Origin: Longimicrobiales bacterium
GTDB taxonomy: Bacteria > Gemmatimonadota > Gemmatimonadetes > Longimicrobiales > Gaopeijiaceae
Length of the DNA: 64,000 nucleotides
Direction: 5' to 3'
Assembly: GCA_965248195.1 (NCBI GenBank)
Contig: CBDFIQ010000001.1
Span: forward strand, 800,001-864,000
Under the pieces are notes generated by a model, which was not told where the DNA came from, searched no databases, and worked only from the letters and a program-made list of their open reading frames with translations. The position numbers and the translations under genes were made by a program. Each line of letters opens with the position of its first letter. The stretch's first letter is position 1. Below, in pieces: positions 19,117-28,311 of this stretch.

Positions 19117-19299
19117 TGTCGGTCCACGAAGTAACCCATGACTCTTCGCGACTGGACCGACCCCCGGTGAGATCACCTCAACAAGGGGAGCTGAAGAGCA
19201 ATGGCAAATGATGATCACCCTGGCACTGCGCAAGGAACTCGATGTATTCATGGACCTCGGAAAGCAACTCAATCAACAGGTGGTCGAGAAGAGGTGGGA

Positions 19300-19374
19300 G
19301 AGCCCCAGCCGCTCGATGATCGAGCCCGAATCATGGGCCGCGTCGTCTGGTGGGCGCACACGGAGGAGGGGTAA
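19300..19374 (+). repeat. Orphan S24 repressor 3' end, copy 4
   Basis: EPQPLDDRARIMGRVVWWAHTEEG-stop; nearly identical to copy 1. Confidence 0.87.
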
Positions 19375-19387
19375 TCCTTGCTATACT

Positions 19388-19430
19388 CCATGACATGTAC
19401 TATACTACATTATCAGTATGATACATGGGG
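19388..19430 (+). promoter_or_regulatory. Putative higBA promoter/operator
   Basis: AT-rich imperfect palindrome CATGTACTATACT...AGTATGATACATG upstream of higB. Confidence 0.55.
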
Positions 19431-19438
19431 TGTAGCTT

Positions 19439-19729
19439 ATGATCGGTGCGTTTCGCAACCGGCAGACCGAGGAGATCTACCACGATGAGGGGCGTCGGTC
19501 CAAGGCTGCACTCCGGACTCTGCCGGCCGACTTGTGGGGCGGCGCCTATCGGAAGATGGCGGCGCTGGGTGCAGCGACGACACTGAACGACCTCTCACGG
19601 TTCGGCTTGGAGAAGCTGACGAAAGACAGAAAGGGGCAACACTCGATACGGATCAACGACCAGTACCGGATTTGCTTTGAATGGACCGAAGCCGGTCCCC
19701 GTGAAGTCGAGATAACCGACTACCACTAG
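19439..19729 (+). CDS. higB: HigB (RelE-family) toxin
   Basis: LEKLTKDRKGQHSIRINDQYRICFEW...VEITDYH. Confidence 0.93.
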   Translation: MIGAFRNRQTEEIYHDEGRRSKAALRTLPADLWGGAYRKMAALGAATTLNDLSRFGLEKLTKDRKGQHSIRINDQYRICFEWTEAGPREVEITDYH

Positions 19730-19804
19730 AGGCAGACACCCACGAAGTCCACGAAAGCAAAAAGCACGGGGCGACCACGCTCGCCCCAGGAGGGTCGCCA
19801 CAAC

Positions 19805-20116
19805 ATGCTTCTACCCAAGGGGAGGGTCCCGGTCCATCCGGGAGAGATGTTGCTCGAGGAGTTTCTAAAGCCTGCGTGCATAAGCCAGTACAAGCTGTCC
19901 AAGGACACGGGGATGACGTATCGCCGCGTGAACGAGATCGTGAACGGTCGCCGTCCGGTCACGCTCGACACCGCGTTCCGGTTCGCTCGCTATTTCGACA
20001 TGAGTGCCGGGTTCTGGATCAACCTACAGGCTGCGTGGGACACCTGGTATTTCCAGAATTCGGAGGACTACAAGGCCATCGAGAAGGACGTCGAGCCGAT
20101 GGAGGCCGTGGGCTAG
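19805..20116 (+). CDS. higA: HigA antitoxin
   Basis: PVHPGEMLLEEFLKP, RVNEIVNGRR, FWINLQ. Confidence 0.94.
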   Translation: MLLPKGRVPVHPGEMLLEEFLKPACISQYKLSKDTGMTYRRVNEIVNGRRPVTLDTAFRFARYFDMSAGFWINLQAAWDTWYFQNSEDYKAIEKDVEPMEAVG

Positions 20117-20231
20117 GCCGGGTGTGCCTCGTAACCCATCGCGCCGACCGACCTGCCGCCACTCACCGACTCGCCAGCGCATATGCAGCCGCGAACACGC
20201 CAGCATGGGGTGATCCATCGGAGGTCTGTCA

Positions 20232-20288
20232 GACGACGATCGAGCCCGAATCCTAGGCTGCGTAGTCTGGTGGGCGCATACGGATTAG
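20232..20288 (+). repeat. Orphan S24 repressor 3' end, copy 5
   Basis: DDDRARILGCVVWWAHTD-stop. Confidence 0.85.
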
Positions 20289-20529
20289 GGGTGAGGGGGT
20301 GGGGAGTCAGGTCATGTGGAGGACGCTGTGAGCCGGACGCGACACCTGGTGCAGCCGTACCGTGAGGTTGAAGAAGCGTTACTTGCAGGGCGGTCACCCG
20401 CGGGGTGGTCGTTCTCGTGTTCAGCGATGATCTGTCCACGGCTACGGCACCCTGGCTTCCCCAGCCAAGAAACCAAGTCCCGCCTCTCGCTGTGCCTCGG
20501 CTGCTTGCTCGATTCCGAGGCAAGCGCGA

Positions 20530-21117
20530 TTGTTGACTATGGTACCTTGGGTCGATTTTGCAGACGTGGACGACAGCGAAGACTTCTTGCCCTTTAGGGA
20601 AGACAAGGCGACACAGGTTGCATCCCGCTTCATCGAGAAAGAGGGCGGGAGCATTCGCATCCTCAAGCTCGTCAAGCTGGTGTACCTCACGGACCGCACG
20701 AGTCTGCTGCGATTCGGCAGGCCAGTGACTTTTGACGAATTCTACTCCTTGCCCTACGGCCCCATTCCGAGTTCGACGCTCGACCGCATCAACTCTTATG
20801 GGTTCGAGGACTCTGTCTGGAAGCGGTTCATCAGCCTACGCGAGGGGAACACGGTAAGGCTCGTCGCTCCGGCTAAACCTTCGGATCTGTCGAAGGCGGA
20901 GGTAGACCTTATCGACGAGGTCTGGGACGAGTATGGGCGCATTGATGTTGTCGAATACAGCCACCAACTGCCGGAGTGGGAACATCCCCAGGAGAAAGGA
21001 AGGCTTAGGATCAGATACGCAGACATCCTGAAAGCGGAAGGGTGGCCTGCAGATGAAATATCCGAACTCTTAGGGGTGCTGAAGGCAGAGAAGGTAGCAA
21101 CCGACCTCCTGGGATGA
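20530..21117 (+). CDS. SocA/Panacea (DUF4065) antitoxin-like protein
   Basis: LKLVKLVYLTDR...LPYGPIPS...YSHQLPEW. Confidence 0.85.
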   Translation: MLTMVPWVDFADVDDSEDFLPFREDKATQVASRFIEKEGGSIRILKLVKLVYLTDRTSLLRFGRPVTFDEFYSLPYGPIPSSTLDRINSYGFEDSVWKRFISLREGNTVRLVAPAKPSDLSKAEVDLIDEVWDEYGRIDVVEYSHQLPEWEHPQEKGRLRIRYADILKAEGWPADEISELLGVLKAEKVATDLLG

Positions 21118-21424
21118 ATGAACAGGGGCCCGTTGCGTTGCGTATGTGTAGGTACAATATTGCAGGTGCGGCCCCACCAGGTACCGAACCCCCTAACCAT
21201 CTTAGGGTGAGCGCCGCCACGAAACGGCGAATAGGGCCTGGGGGGCCATGCCCGGCTCATTGATTGTGGATTTGCTAGAGGCGCAGGCCGGTGCGAGCTA
21301 GGACACCCGTAGCCTAAAGGGGCGTCCTTAGGAAACCGATGGCCTGTCAGGGGGGTTTAACACTTGTGTACGGACTGTCCCAACGTATTTTCTCGGTGCA
21401 TGGACCCAATATGGGAGGCTGAGT

Positions 21425-21616
21425 ATGAGTGATGCGCCGGATCGGGCTAAGGTCACGGTGAGGGATTCGGGTGTCCGTACAGTATCTGTAGCTGACATCC
21501 TGAGGAGCAGAGCAGGTCAAGAAGCAATCCGCGAGACGGCCAAGCTCGGGCTCGGCTCCGAGGCCAGTGCAAGAACAGAGAAGAGCGATCCCGAGGTGAG
21601 CCCGCCAGACAGTTAG
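21425..21616 (+). CDS. Small hypothetical protein
   Basis: GGAGG RBS, immediately upstream of membrane gene. Confidence 0.5.
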   Translation: MSDAPDRAKVTVRDSGVRTVSVADILRSRAGQEAIRETAKLGLGSEASARTEKSDPEVSPPDS

Positions 21617-21619
21617 CAC

Positions 21620-22345
21620 GTGCCGTTCAACGTACTCCTCCTTCCCCTCCTCGGGGGATACGTCTTTATTTCACACTGGAACAAGACGCGGTTCGGTGCC
21701 CGGAGGTACACGGGCCAACGGCTGATCCTCCACTCGGCCCTCGCAGGTGTCTGTTTGTTCCTGGTCTCTTTCTTGATTACAAAGTTCGGTGCTATCTGCT
21801 TTCCTGAACTTCTCTCTTGGTGGCGTGCGTATGTTTCCCGTGAATCGTTTGCGGGGACGTCGTTTCTCGCATTTCTAATAGGGTCGGTGGGATGGAAGCC
21901 GATAAACTGGTTCTTTGACAGAAATATCGAGTCTTTGCGGGCAGTTAAGGAGTCGGGGGATTTTCTTGAGGAACTCCTAGAGCACTCCAAAACAGAGGCC
22001 AAGCAGGTGTCCGTCACGCTGAGGTCCGGCAAGATCTATGTGGGGTTCGTGACGGGTTCCTTTGACCCCGCCTTCGATCGAAAATATGTGAGCCTCTTTA
22101 CCACGCTGAGTGGCTACCGTGAGTCGACGACCCAGCAGATGAAGATCTCTCACAACTATGCTATCACGTGGGCGGAGGAGCTGGAGGCGGAGGAGCTGGA
22201 GGCGGAGGAGCTGAAGGAGAGGTTTCAGTTGGTCATCCCGGTATCCGAGATCGTTTCCGCTAGCCTCTTTGAGCCAGAGGTCTACATGCGATTCCAGAGA
22301 TCCACGCTCGACCAGTCAAGAACCGATACACCCATTATCGACTAG
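21620..22345 (+). CDS. Membrane protein with Sm-like C-terminal motif (moron)
   Basis: Three TM stretches then VSVTLRSGKIYVGFV...LVIPVSEIVSA. Confidence 0.75.
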   Translation: MPFNVLLLPLLGGYVFISHWNKTRFGARRYTGQRLILHSALAGVCLFLVSFLITKFGAICFPELLSWWRAYVSRESFAGTSFLAFLIGSVGWKPINWFFDRNIESLRAVKESGDFLEELLEHSKTEAKQVSVTLRSGKIYVGFVTGSFDPAFDRKYVSLFTTLSGYRESTTQQMKISHNYAITWAEELEAEELEAEELKERFQLVIPVSEIVSASLFEPEVYMRFQRSTLDQSRTDTPIID

Positions 22346-22590
22346 CGATCACATACCCAGCGGCGAACACGCCAGCGTACTTGAGGGCACCGACCACCGG
22401 GCCAGTCCACCTCGTGTCGTTCCGCTGTACCTCGATCCGTAGGCGAGCCTCGTAGTCCTGGATCACCTGGTCTTGGGTGGCGCTCACCCTTTCGGCGGCG
22501 GCGTAGCGAGTCTGCCAGAGCCGGGCAGTGGAATCAGCGACCGCGAGTTGTGAGCGCAGCGACCGGACAAGTGTCCGGTGCCGTGTCCGT
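22335..22590 (-). pseudogene. Orphan 3' fragment of a coiled-coil/TM lysis-region gene
   Basis: Coiled coil plus C-terminal TM like 22703-23377, no plausible start. Confidence 0.45.
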
Positions 22591-22702
22591 TTGCCATTCT
22601 GACGCTCCGTCTGAAAAAAAGGGGGGGGATATGGCCACACCCAGGGTGGTCCTCTAATTTTTTGAAAAGTAGGGACCACCCACGGGGATTCGCTGGTGGG
22701 CG

Positions 22703-23377
22703 CTAGAAGATCCAGTCGATCAGCTTCGAGCCACCCTGCGTGACCAGAAACGTCGTGCCGCCGACGATGAGCGCTTCGATGGTGGAGCCTCCGAGCAGCT
22801 CAGTCGTGACGAGGTAGCCGCCGGCTCCGAGCGCCGCGGACTCAAGCGTACTGAAGCCGTCATGTCGCAGGTCTTCGAGTAGCGCGACCTGTTCGGTGGC
22901 GATGCCGATTTCGGATTCCAGCCCGGATATGAGCGCGTCGCGTGTGGTGATCTGGCCGCGCAGTACGTCGGCGGCATCGCGTTCGGCGTAGATGACGATG
23001 TTCAATACCGCGACCTCGGTCTCGTGCATGCGTTCTCGGCGTTCGACGAGCGCTCGGATTTCTGGCATCGAGTCGGGCACGGATTCGATGATCCGGACGT
23101 AAGTCTGACGCCCTTCGGCGGATACTTCACTCGCTCGGTGTTCCGCGTCTTCGACTACCGCGTTGAGCTGGGCGATCGAGTCGGCTGCGATGCGGTCTAT
23201 CTGGTCCTTCGCGGCGCGGAGAGCGTCGTTCTCGCGTTGGGCCGCTTCGCGTTCAGAGCGCACGAATTCGAGCTCGGCTTCCTTCGCGGCTACCGAGTCG
23301 ACCCCGGCTCGCCACAGTCCAAAAGCGGACAGCGCGAGTATGGCCAGGAGCAACTCGGGGCGCGTTGGGGCCCTCAT
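22703..23377 (-). CDS. Spanin-like coiled-coil membrane protein
   Basis: N-terminal TM, long coiled coil, C-terminal hydrophobic segments, after endolysin. Confidence 0.6.
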   Translation of the reverse strand: MRAPTRPELLLAILALSAFGLWRAGVDSVAAKEAELEFVRSEREAAQRENDALRAAKDQIDRIAADSIAQLNAVVEDAEHRASEVSAEGRQTYVRIIESVPDSMPEIRALVERRERMHETEVAVLNIVIYAERDAADVLRGQITTRDALISGLESEIGIATEQVALLEDLRHDGFSTLESAALGAGGYLVTTELLGGSTIEALIVGGTTFLVTQGGSKLIDWIF

Positions 23378-23925
23378 GCCGCCCTCGACACCTTGGGCAG
23401 CAGCTGGCGGATGTCGTCGACCGACAGGATCGGGTTGTTCGGGTCGGCGCCTTCGGGGTCGGTCTTGCGACTGCGGGGCCAGGCTTCGCTGGAGTGGCCG
23501 ACGATGCGCCACGTGTCACTGAGGTTCCAGCCGTGTTTCTTGTAGTAGATGCGGCAGAGCAGGGCCATGGTGAGCATCTGTAGCGGCGTGACGTCGTGCT
23601 TCCCACTGGAAGCGATCGCGATGCCGTAGAACGCCGAGTTGGAGTCGCCGTAATGGAGCCTGTCGGGGTCTGCGGGCCTGCACCGGCCTGCATGCCACGC
23701 ACGGGCCGTGTCGGGCGCGATACGAACATAGGAGCCGTCGTCGAGGACGAGCAGGTTGTAGCTGACCTTACATCGCTCGTCGGCAAACCACTGGACGGCT
23801 CCGCGGTCCGATCCGCTCCCATCGTAGTGGAGCATGATCCCGATCCGTTCCTCACGCAGCGTTCCGTATTGCTGGTTCAGGATCTCGGCCGTGAGCGTCG
23901 GCGTCCAGACGAGTTGGCCGGTCAT
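23374..23925 (-). CDS. Endolysin, N-acetylmuramoyl-L-alanine amidase
   Basis: IMLHYD, RAWHAG, NS..YGI, IVGHS, RKTDP. Confidence 0.9.
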   Translation of the reverse strand: MTGQLVWTPTLTAEILNQQYGTLREERIGIMLHYDGSGSDRGAVQWFADERCKVSYNLLVLDDGSYVRIAPDTARAWHAGRCRPADPDRLHYGDSNSAFYGIAIASSGKHDVTPLQMLTMALLCRIYYKKHGWNLSDTWRIVGHSSEAWPRSRKTDPEGADPNNPILSVDDIRQLLPKVSRAA

Positions 23926-24224
23926 CGCTCGTCGTCCTTGTAGCGGTCGTCGGTGCCGGCGTTGCGGCGTGCGGCGGCGGCGACGGCCGCTGCGACACCG
24001 CCGAGCTGCGGGCCGACATACTGGGCGATCCGCGGCCCGGCGGCCCAAGCCAGCAGCCCCGTGCAGACCGTTCCCATGAGCACGTATGCGGGGCCGGGCA
24101 CGTTCCAGGCCAGCGAGTCCAGCACGATCAGTGCACCGGCGAAGAGCAGCGCACCGATCAGCAGCAACCGTGCCGAGGATCTGGAGCCGCGCTCATCGTG
24201 GAGGAACCCCGGTTCCTTGCTCAT
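23922..24224 (-). CDS. Holin-like two-TM protein
   Basis: Two TM helices, coupled to endolysin. Confidence 0.65.
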   Translation of the reverse strand: MSKEPGFLHDERGSRSSARLLLIGALLFAGALIVLDSLAWNVPGPAYVLMGTVCTGLLAWAAGPRIAQYVGPQLGGVAAAVAAAARRNAGTDDRYKDDER

Positions 24225-24748
24225 GACCCATTCCCCCCGCCCAACCACGGCACTGACTTCATCCTGAGTTTCGCCGACTTGACGAAGAACTGCGCGTTGC
24301 CCTGAAACGAGATCGCCTCCTCCCAGAACATCCCGACGGTGGCCGTCATCACCAGCTTCCCCGCCGGATCCCATCCGATGATCTCGAAGGTCATGCCCTC
24401 GATGAATGCCGCCATGATCACGACCAAGAAGATCACCAGGAGCTTCAGGACCCCGTTGCGCGCCTTGTCGGCACGGAGCTTGACCTTCGGATCCGCGATC
24501 GCGCGCAGCACGCCGGCAGCCCAATCCACGCTCCAAGCACCCAGCAGGAACCAGAACGGAACGCCGAACGCGGCCTGTGTCTGAGTAAGCACAGCCACGA
24601 GGGCGCCCATGCCTACTTTTGGGACCGGCGAGTGCGTGACCGTGTCCTGGAGGTAGTGGCCGAAGTAGGCGAAGAACGACTGGGCCGTGTGGGGCTCCAA
24701 GCTCCCATCCACTGGCCCGACCCAGGTGCCTTCGTCAATGATGCACAT
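24221..24748 (-). CDS. Phage holin family protein
   Basis: DWAAGVLRAI...KARNGVLK...EAISFQGN pattern. Confidence 0.72.
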   Translation of the reverse strand: MCIIDEGTWVGPVDGSLEPHTAQSFFAYFGHYLQDTVTHSPVPKVGMGALVAVLTQTQAAFGVPFWFLLGAWSVDWAAGVLRAIADPKVKLRADKARNGVLKLLVIFLVVIMAAFIEGMTFEIIGWDPAGKLVMTATVGMFWEEAISFQGNAQFFVKSAKLRMKSVPWLGGGNGS

Positions 24749-24972
24749 ATCACAGACCAGCGTGCGAGAGTGAAGTGACGTACGGACCCTTGGAACCCAG
24801 CCTTGTCTTCCTCTTGACCCAGCCAACAAAGGTCTTCCAGGGAGCCATTAGGACCCCCTCTCGGCCTTCGGCTGCCCCTTTGGTACGTGGGCAACCCAGT
24901 CTCTCCGGTTTCCACTGAGACGCCTTCTAAACTGTTTTGGTGCGTCAGCCCACCGATAGATGCACAGCGTCT

Positions 24973-25317
24973 TCATTCCTCTTCACCGATTATGCGCAAT
25001 ATGTCCGCCGACTCCGTTACCCAGTTCCGCAGGACCACCGAGAGCTTGTGTTGGTAGTCGTCGACGTTCGCGACGTGCCTCCGGATCGCGACCATCGTCT
25101 GGCGCGCCGACTCGTATTTCCCGTGGACCGCCAGGTTCGTCTCGTCCTCGATCGCATCGAAGAGGAGCGCCTCGATCGCGGCGACTTGCTCGAGAAGCGG
25201 ATGGACGCAGGAGCGTTGCTTCTTGATCCCCGCGGCGATCGAAGCTCGATCGCCTCTGGGCACGGTCGGCGCGAGGAGCTTGGCTTTGAGGAGCGTGGTA
25301 GATGGAGAGACTGGCAT
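24973..25317 (-). CDS. Hypothetical protein after tail gene
   Basis: Starts right after tail-gene stop. Confidence 0.55.
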   Translation of the reverse strand: MPVSPSTTLLKAKLLAPTVPRGDRASIAAGIKKQRSCVHPLLEQVAAIEALLFDAIEDETNLAVHGKYESARQTMVAIRRHVANVDDYQHKLSVVLRNWVTESADILRIIGEEE

Positions 25318-25319
25318 AG

Positions 25320-27980
25320 TTAGTAGGCCTGTTGTTGTTGGAAACGACAATATTTGATCTTCACCCACGCGGCGGCGGCGTCGCCAACAGCGGAAACCCC
25401 CTTTAGCGCCCATACCGCGTTGTATTGATTCGGATTTGAGACTGTCTCAGCGAGCGAGGTGGCCGTTTGTGTGTTGTATCCGGCCCCCGTCGAGGAGGTC
25501 AACGTCGCCAGCGGCTGGCCCGCGGCTGCGTCATTATCCCCTCGTATCAACTTACATGTGCAGATGTCCCCGGTGTTTTGACGATGCATCCGCGCCTCGA
25601 ACTCCTCGATCCGTACACCCTCCGGAATTGGGATCGGCACGATAAAGACTATGAGCGAGTTAGCGGTTAGCGGTTCTACGAGGCCCCCGTTGCCGAGAAG
25701 GTAGCTCCCCGAGTTGGCGTTCGGCCCGCCTCCGGACATCGGCAAGAGCAACTCGGTGAGATGCTCGTCGATCATGGTCGCGTAGTACGAATTACCGTGG
25801 ACTTGATTGTTCCCTATCTCGTCCTTCCAGGTATACTGAAAGCGGATCCCGGCCTCCTCACCGTCCGGTATGGTTATATCTTCGGACCACAACCCGTCAT
25901 ACGGAGGGCCCCCGCTACTTGGCTCGGTGTCCCACACGGCCGAGAACGCGCCCCAGTTGTCGCCCGCCTGCGAGCCGGCACGCTTCGAGAACTGTGGTCC
26001 TGGCGCGATGATCGCTTTGGACGGGTCGGTGATGGTGAGCTTCAAGCTGGCCGTGTTTGACTGAGCGTCCCGGTCGAACTCGACTTCCCAGCGCGGCGGA
26101 ACGAACTCGGTGTCTCCGCGCCGACGCTTGAACGGACCGACGACGGTCCCGCCGGTTTCCGTTAGGACCTTGACCTCGACCTCTTCGCCGATCGACGCCG
26201 TTACGAGGTTCGTCGAGCCCGTGCCGTCGAGGACGATCGCGCCGTGTTGTCCCACGAGGTCGCCGTCGTTCACGCTCGGAGTCGGGTCCGCCGGCGTCCC
26301 GCCACCTAGCGCCGTCACGTACGCGGTCGAGAAGTCTTCGTCCATCTTCCAGTTAATACGGATCTTCCCGTCGGTGTCGAAGCCGATCCCTAGGCCGGTG
26401 AGCTCCGCGATGTCGTCGGCATCGAAGGTATGCACAAATTGCCAAGTCCGACTGACATCGTTGGGGTCCTTAAAGATCACCCGTACCTTGATCGAGGCGT
26501 TATGCTTACCGATCAGGCTGATGCTCTCGCCCCTCGTCAACGTGGTGCTCACGCCGATGGTGCCCGTAGAACGGTCCCAGGAGGTCACCCATGTGCCACC
26601 GTACCCGCCCGAGTCCGATTTCTGCTGATGCTCTATGGCGGTGACCTTCAACTCCGGGTCCTCGATCGTTATGTCGAGCGATCCCGTCGACCCGCTCTGA
26701 TCTGGGTCGGCCCGGACGAACGGTCCCTGGGCCGCGTCCGTGAGGGCCTGGCCAATGTCGCCATCCTGGGGATCGGTGACCGCTCGCTGGATCCAGGGCT
26801 TGACGAATCCGGCGGGTACTCCCCGCGTCCGGATGAAGGTGTCGACCTGACCGCCGCCGAATTCATGCCGGAAGCCCGTGACGCCGAACGATCGATCCTC
26901 CGTATAGTGCACGTCGTTGGCGCCGAAGAGGTAGTAATCGTTCAGTTGGACGGGCCAGAAGCAGAGCGTCTTGATCTCTTGGTTCGCGACCGGGTCTTTC
27001 AGATCGAGAAGCGCCTTGTCTAGCATGTTCTGCGCTTCCGTGGACGTGTCGATCGGTGAGTCTTTGGGTTCCTCGATCTCCATCCACTGCCGGCCATATT
27101 TCGTGATCGAAGTGGCGTCGGAGGCTGTTACCTGGGCCCGCACATCGCTTGTGTTCGTGTACCACAAAGACAGGGCGTTCCGGATGTCGAGGCGCGATAG
27201 GGTGAAGTCAGGCACCGCCTCGTAGCGGTCGGGCTCCCAGGTCCAAGTGGTCGAGGTCGGCGCACGATCGGGATCGTAGAGCGTCAGCCGGAACGAACTC
27301 GTGCCGTCGTCCCAACGCGGTTGCACCACCCACCCGGTCAGAGCGGCGAGTTGCTGAAGCGCATCCATCACGGTTGACCGCTGCTGGATGTAGGTCGTGA
27401 TCAAGAAACTGGGCGAGGTGGGCGTGAAGAGCGTGAGCCCTGTCCACTCCGTGAGGATGTCCTGGATGACATCCTGCATCGCTCTGCCGGGGCCGGTCCC
27501 GAGCGTGCGCTCCGCTTCGATCCAACGGTCCGCGATCTCAGCGCCTATCGCGTCGCGTGCCATGACCTGCACGAAATCGTCTTCTACCGTCCACTGGTCG
27601 ATCACGCCCTGAAAGACGCGCTGCCAGTCACCGCCGGACGGACTCGAGCCGATGGCGACGGTAGCGAACTCGCACCGGATGCCACGGCCTACGTCGATGA
27701 GCGGAGCGTAGGCGGATACGGAATTACGGTTCAGCGTCGAGTCCTCATCGAGCGGCGCCAGCGAGTTGCCGCCTTCCTGCTTACGCCAGAAGGTGAACGA
27801 GCCCGTGGCCACGATCTGGTCGATCGTCTGGGCTATGCGGCCCGAATGCACCCAATCGATCGAGTCCTGGTTCGTAAGGTCCTGGTAGGTGCCATCCGCG
27901 TCTTCGACGAGCACACGAGCGAAGGTGGCAAAGTGGGCGCCCTGCAGGAGCGTCGTCTCGGAACCCGTGACGGTGCGCAC
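25320..27980 (-). CDS. Tail hub/tip protein with probable receptor-binding C-terminus
   Basis: 886 aa, DATSITKYG hub motif, position after tape measure. Confidence 0.8.
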   Translation of the reverse strand: MRTVTGSETTLLQGAHFATFARVLVEDADGTYQDLTNQDSIDWVHSGRIAQTIDQIVATGSFTFWRKQEGGNSLAPLDEDSTLNRNSVSAYAPLIDVGRGIRCEFATVAIGSSPSGGDWQRVFQGVIDQWTVEDDFVQVMARDAIGAEIADRWIEAERTLGTGPGRAMQDVIQDILTEWTGLTLFTPTSPSFLITTYIQQRSTVMDALQQLAALTGWVVQPRWDDGTSSFRLTLYDPDRAPTSTTWTWEPDRYEAVPDFTLSRLDIRNALSLWYTNTSDVRAQVTASDATSITKYGRQWMEIEEPKDSPIDTSTEAQNMLDKALLDLKDPVANQEIKTLCFWPVQLNDYYLFGANDVHYTEDRSFGVTGFRHEFGGGQVDTFIRTRGVPAGFVKPWIQRAVTDPQDGDIGQALTDAAQGPFVRADPDQSGSTGSLDITIEDPELKVTAIEHQQKSDSGGYGGTWVTSWDRSTGTIGVSTTLTRGESISLIGKHNASIKVRVIFKDPNDVSRTWQFVHTFDADDIAELTGLGIGFDTDGKIRINWKMDEDFSTAYVTALGGGTPADPTPSVNDGDLVGQHGAIVLDGTGSTNLVTASIGEEVEVKVLTETGGTVVGPFKRRRGDTEFVPPRWEVEFDRDAQSNTASLKLTITDPSKAIIAPGPQFSKRAGSQAGDNWGAFSAVWDTEPSSGGPPYDGLWSEDITIPDGEEAGIRFQYTWKDEIGNNQVHGNSYYATMIDEHLTELLLPMSGGGPNANSGSYLLGNGGLVEPLTANSLIVFIVPIPIPEGVRIEEFEARMHRQNTGDICTCKLIRGDNDAAAGQPLATLTSSTGAGYNTQTATSLAETVSNPNQYNAVWALKGVSAVGDAAAAWVKIKYCRFQQQQAY

Positions 27981-27981
27981 G

Positions 27982-28308
27982 TCAGGCCTCCTGCACGAGG
28001 AAGCTCAACCGGACGATGCCAACGCCTTTGTGCTCCCTCTGGATATTGCCCACGAGCACGTTGATAGAGCCCGTTAGATCGCCCGAAGCCGCTAGCGGAG
28101 GCGTGCCCTCGAGCGCGGAGACGATGGTATCCGCCGCCGCGGTCGCCATATACGCCGTCATGATCGACCAATTCCCTATGCGTGCCCTCACGGTCGACCG
28201 CGCGGAGCCATCGAACGCCCGCCCCCGCCGCCCAATCTCAACGCGAGGGCCCACCGGTCCACTGACCTCTACCGGAATCGTTTGGCCGGCGATGACCAGA
28301 AACGCCAC
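27982..28308 (-). CDS. Distal tail-like protein
   Basis: Position directly after tape measure. Confidence 0.6.
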   Translation of the reverse strand: MAFLVIAGQTIPVEVSGPVGPRVEIGRRGRAFDGSARSTVRARIGNWSIMTAYMATAAADTIVSALEGTPPLAASGDLTGSINVLVGNIQREHKGVGIVRLSFLVQEA

Positions 28309-28311
28309 GGA

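Noticed and set aside
17213..20288. Repeats as a CRISPR array or integron attC sites
   Set aside because: Spacing is irregular and gene-sized, the repeats keep an S24 reading frame, they lack attC hairpin symmetry, and there is no cas or intI gene
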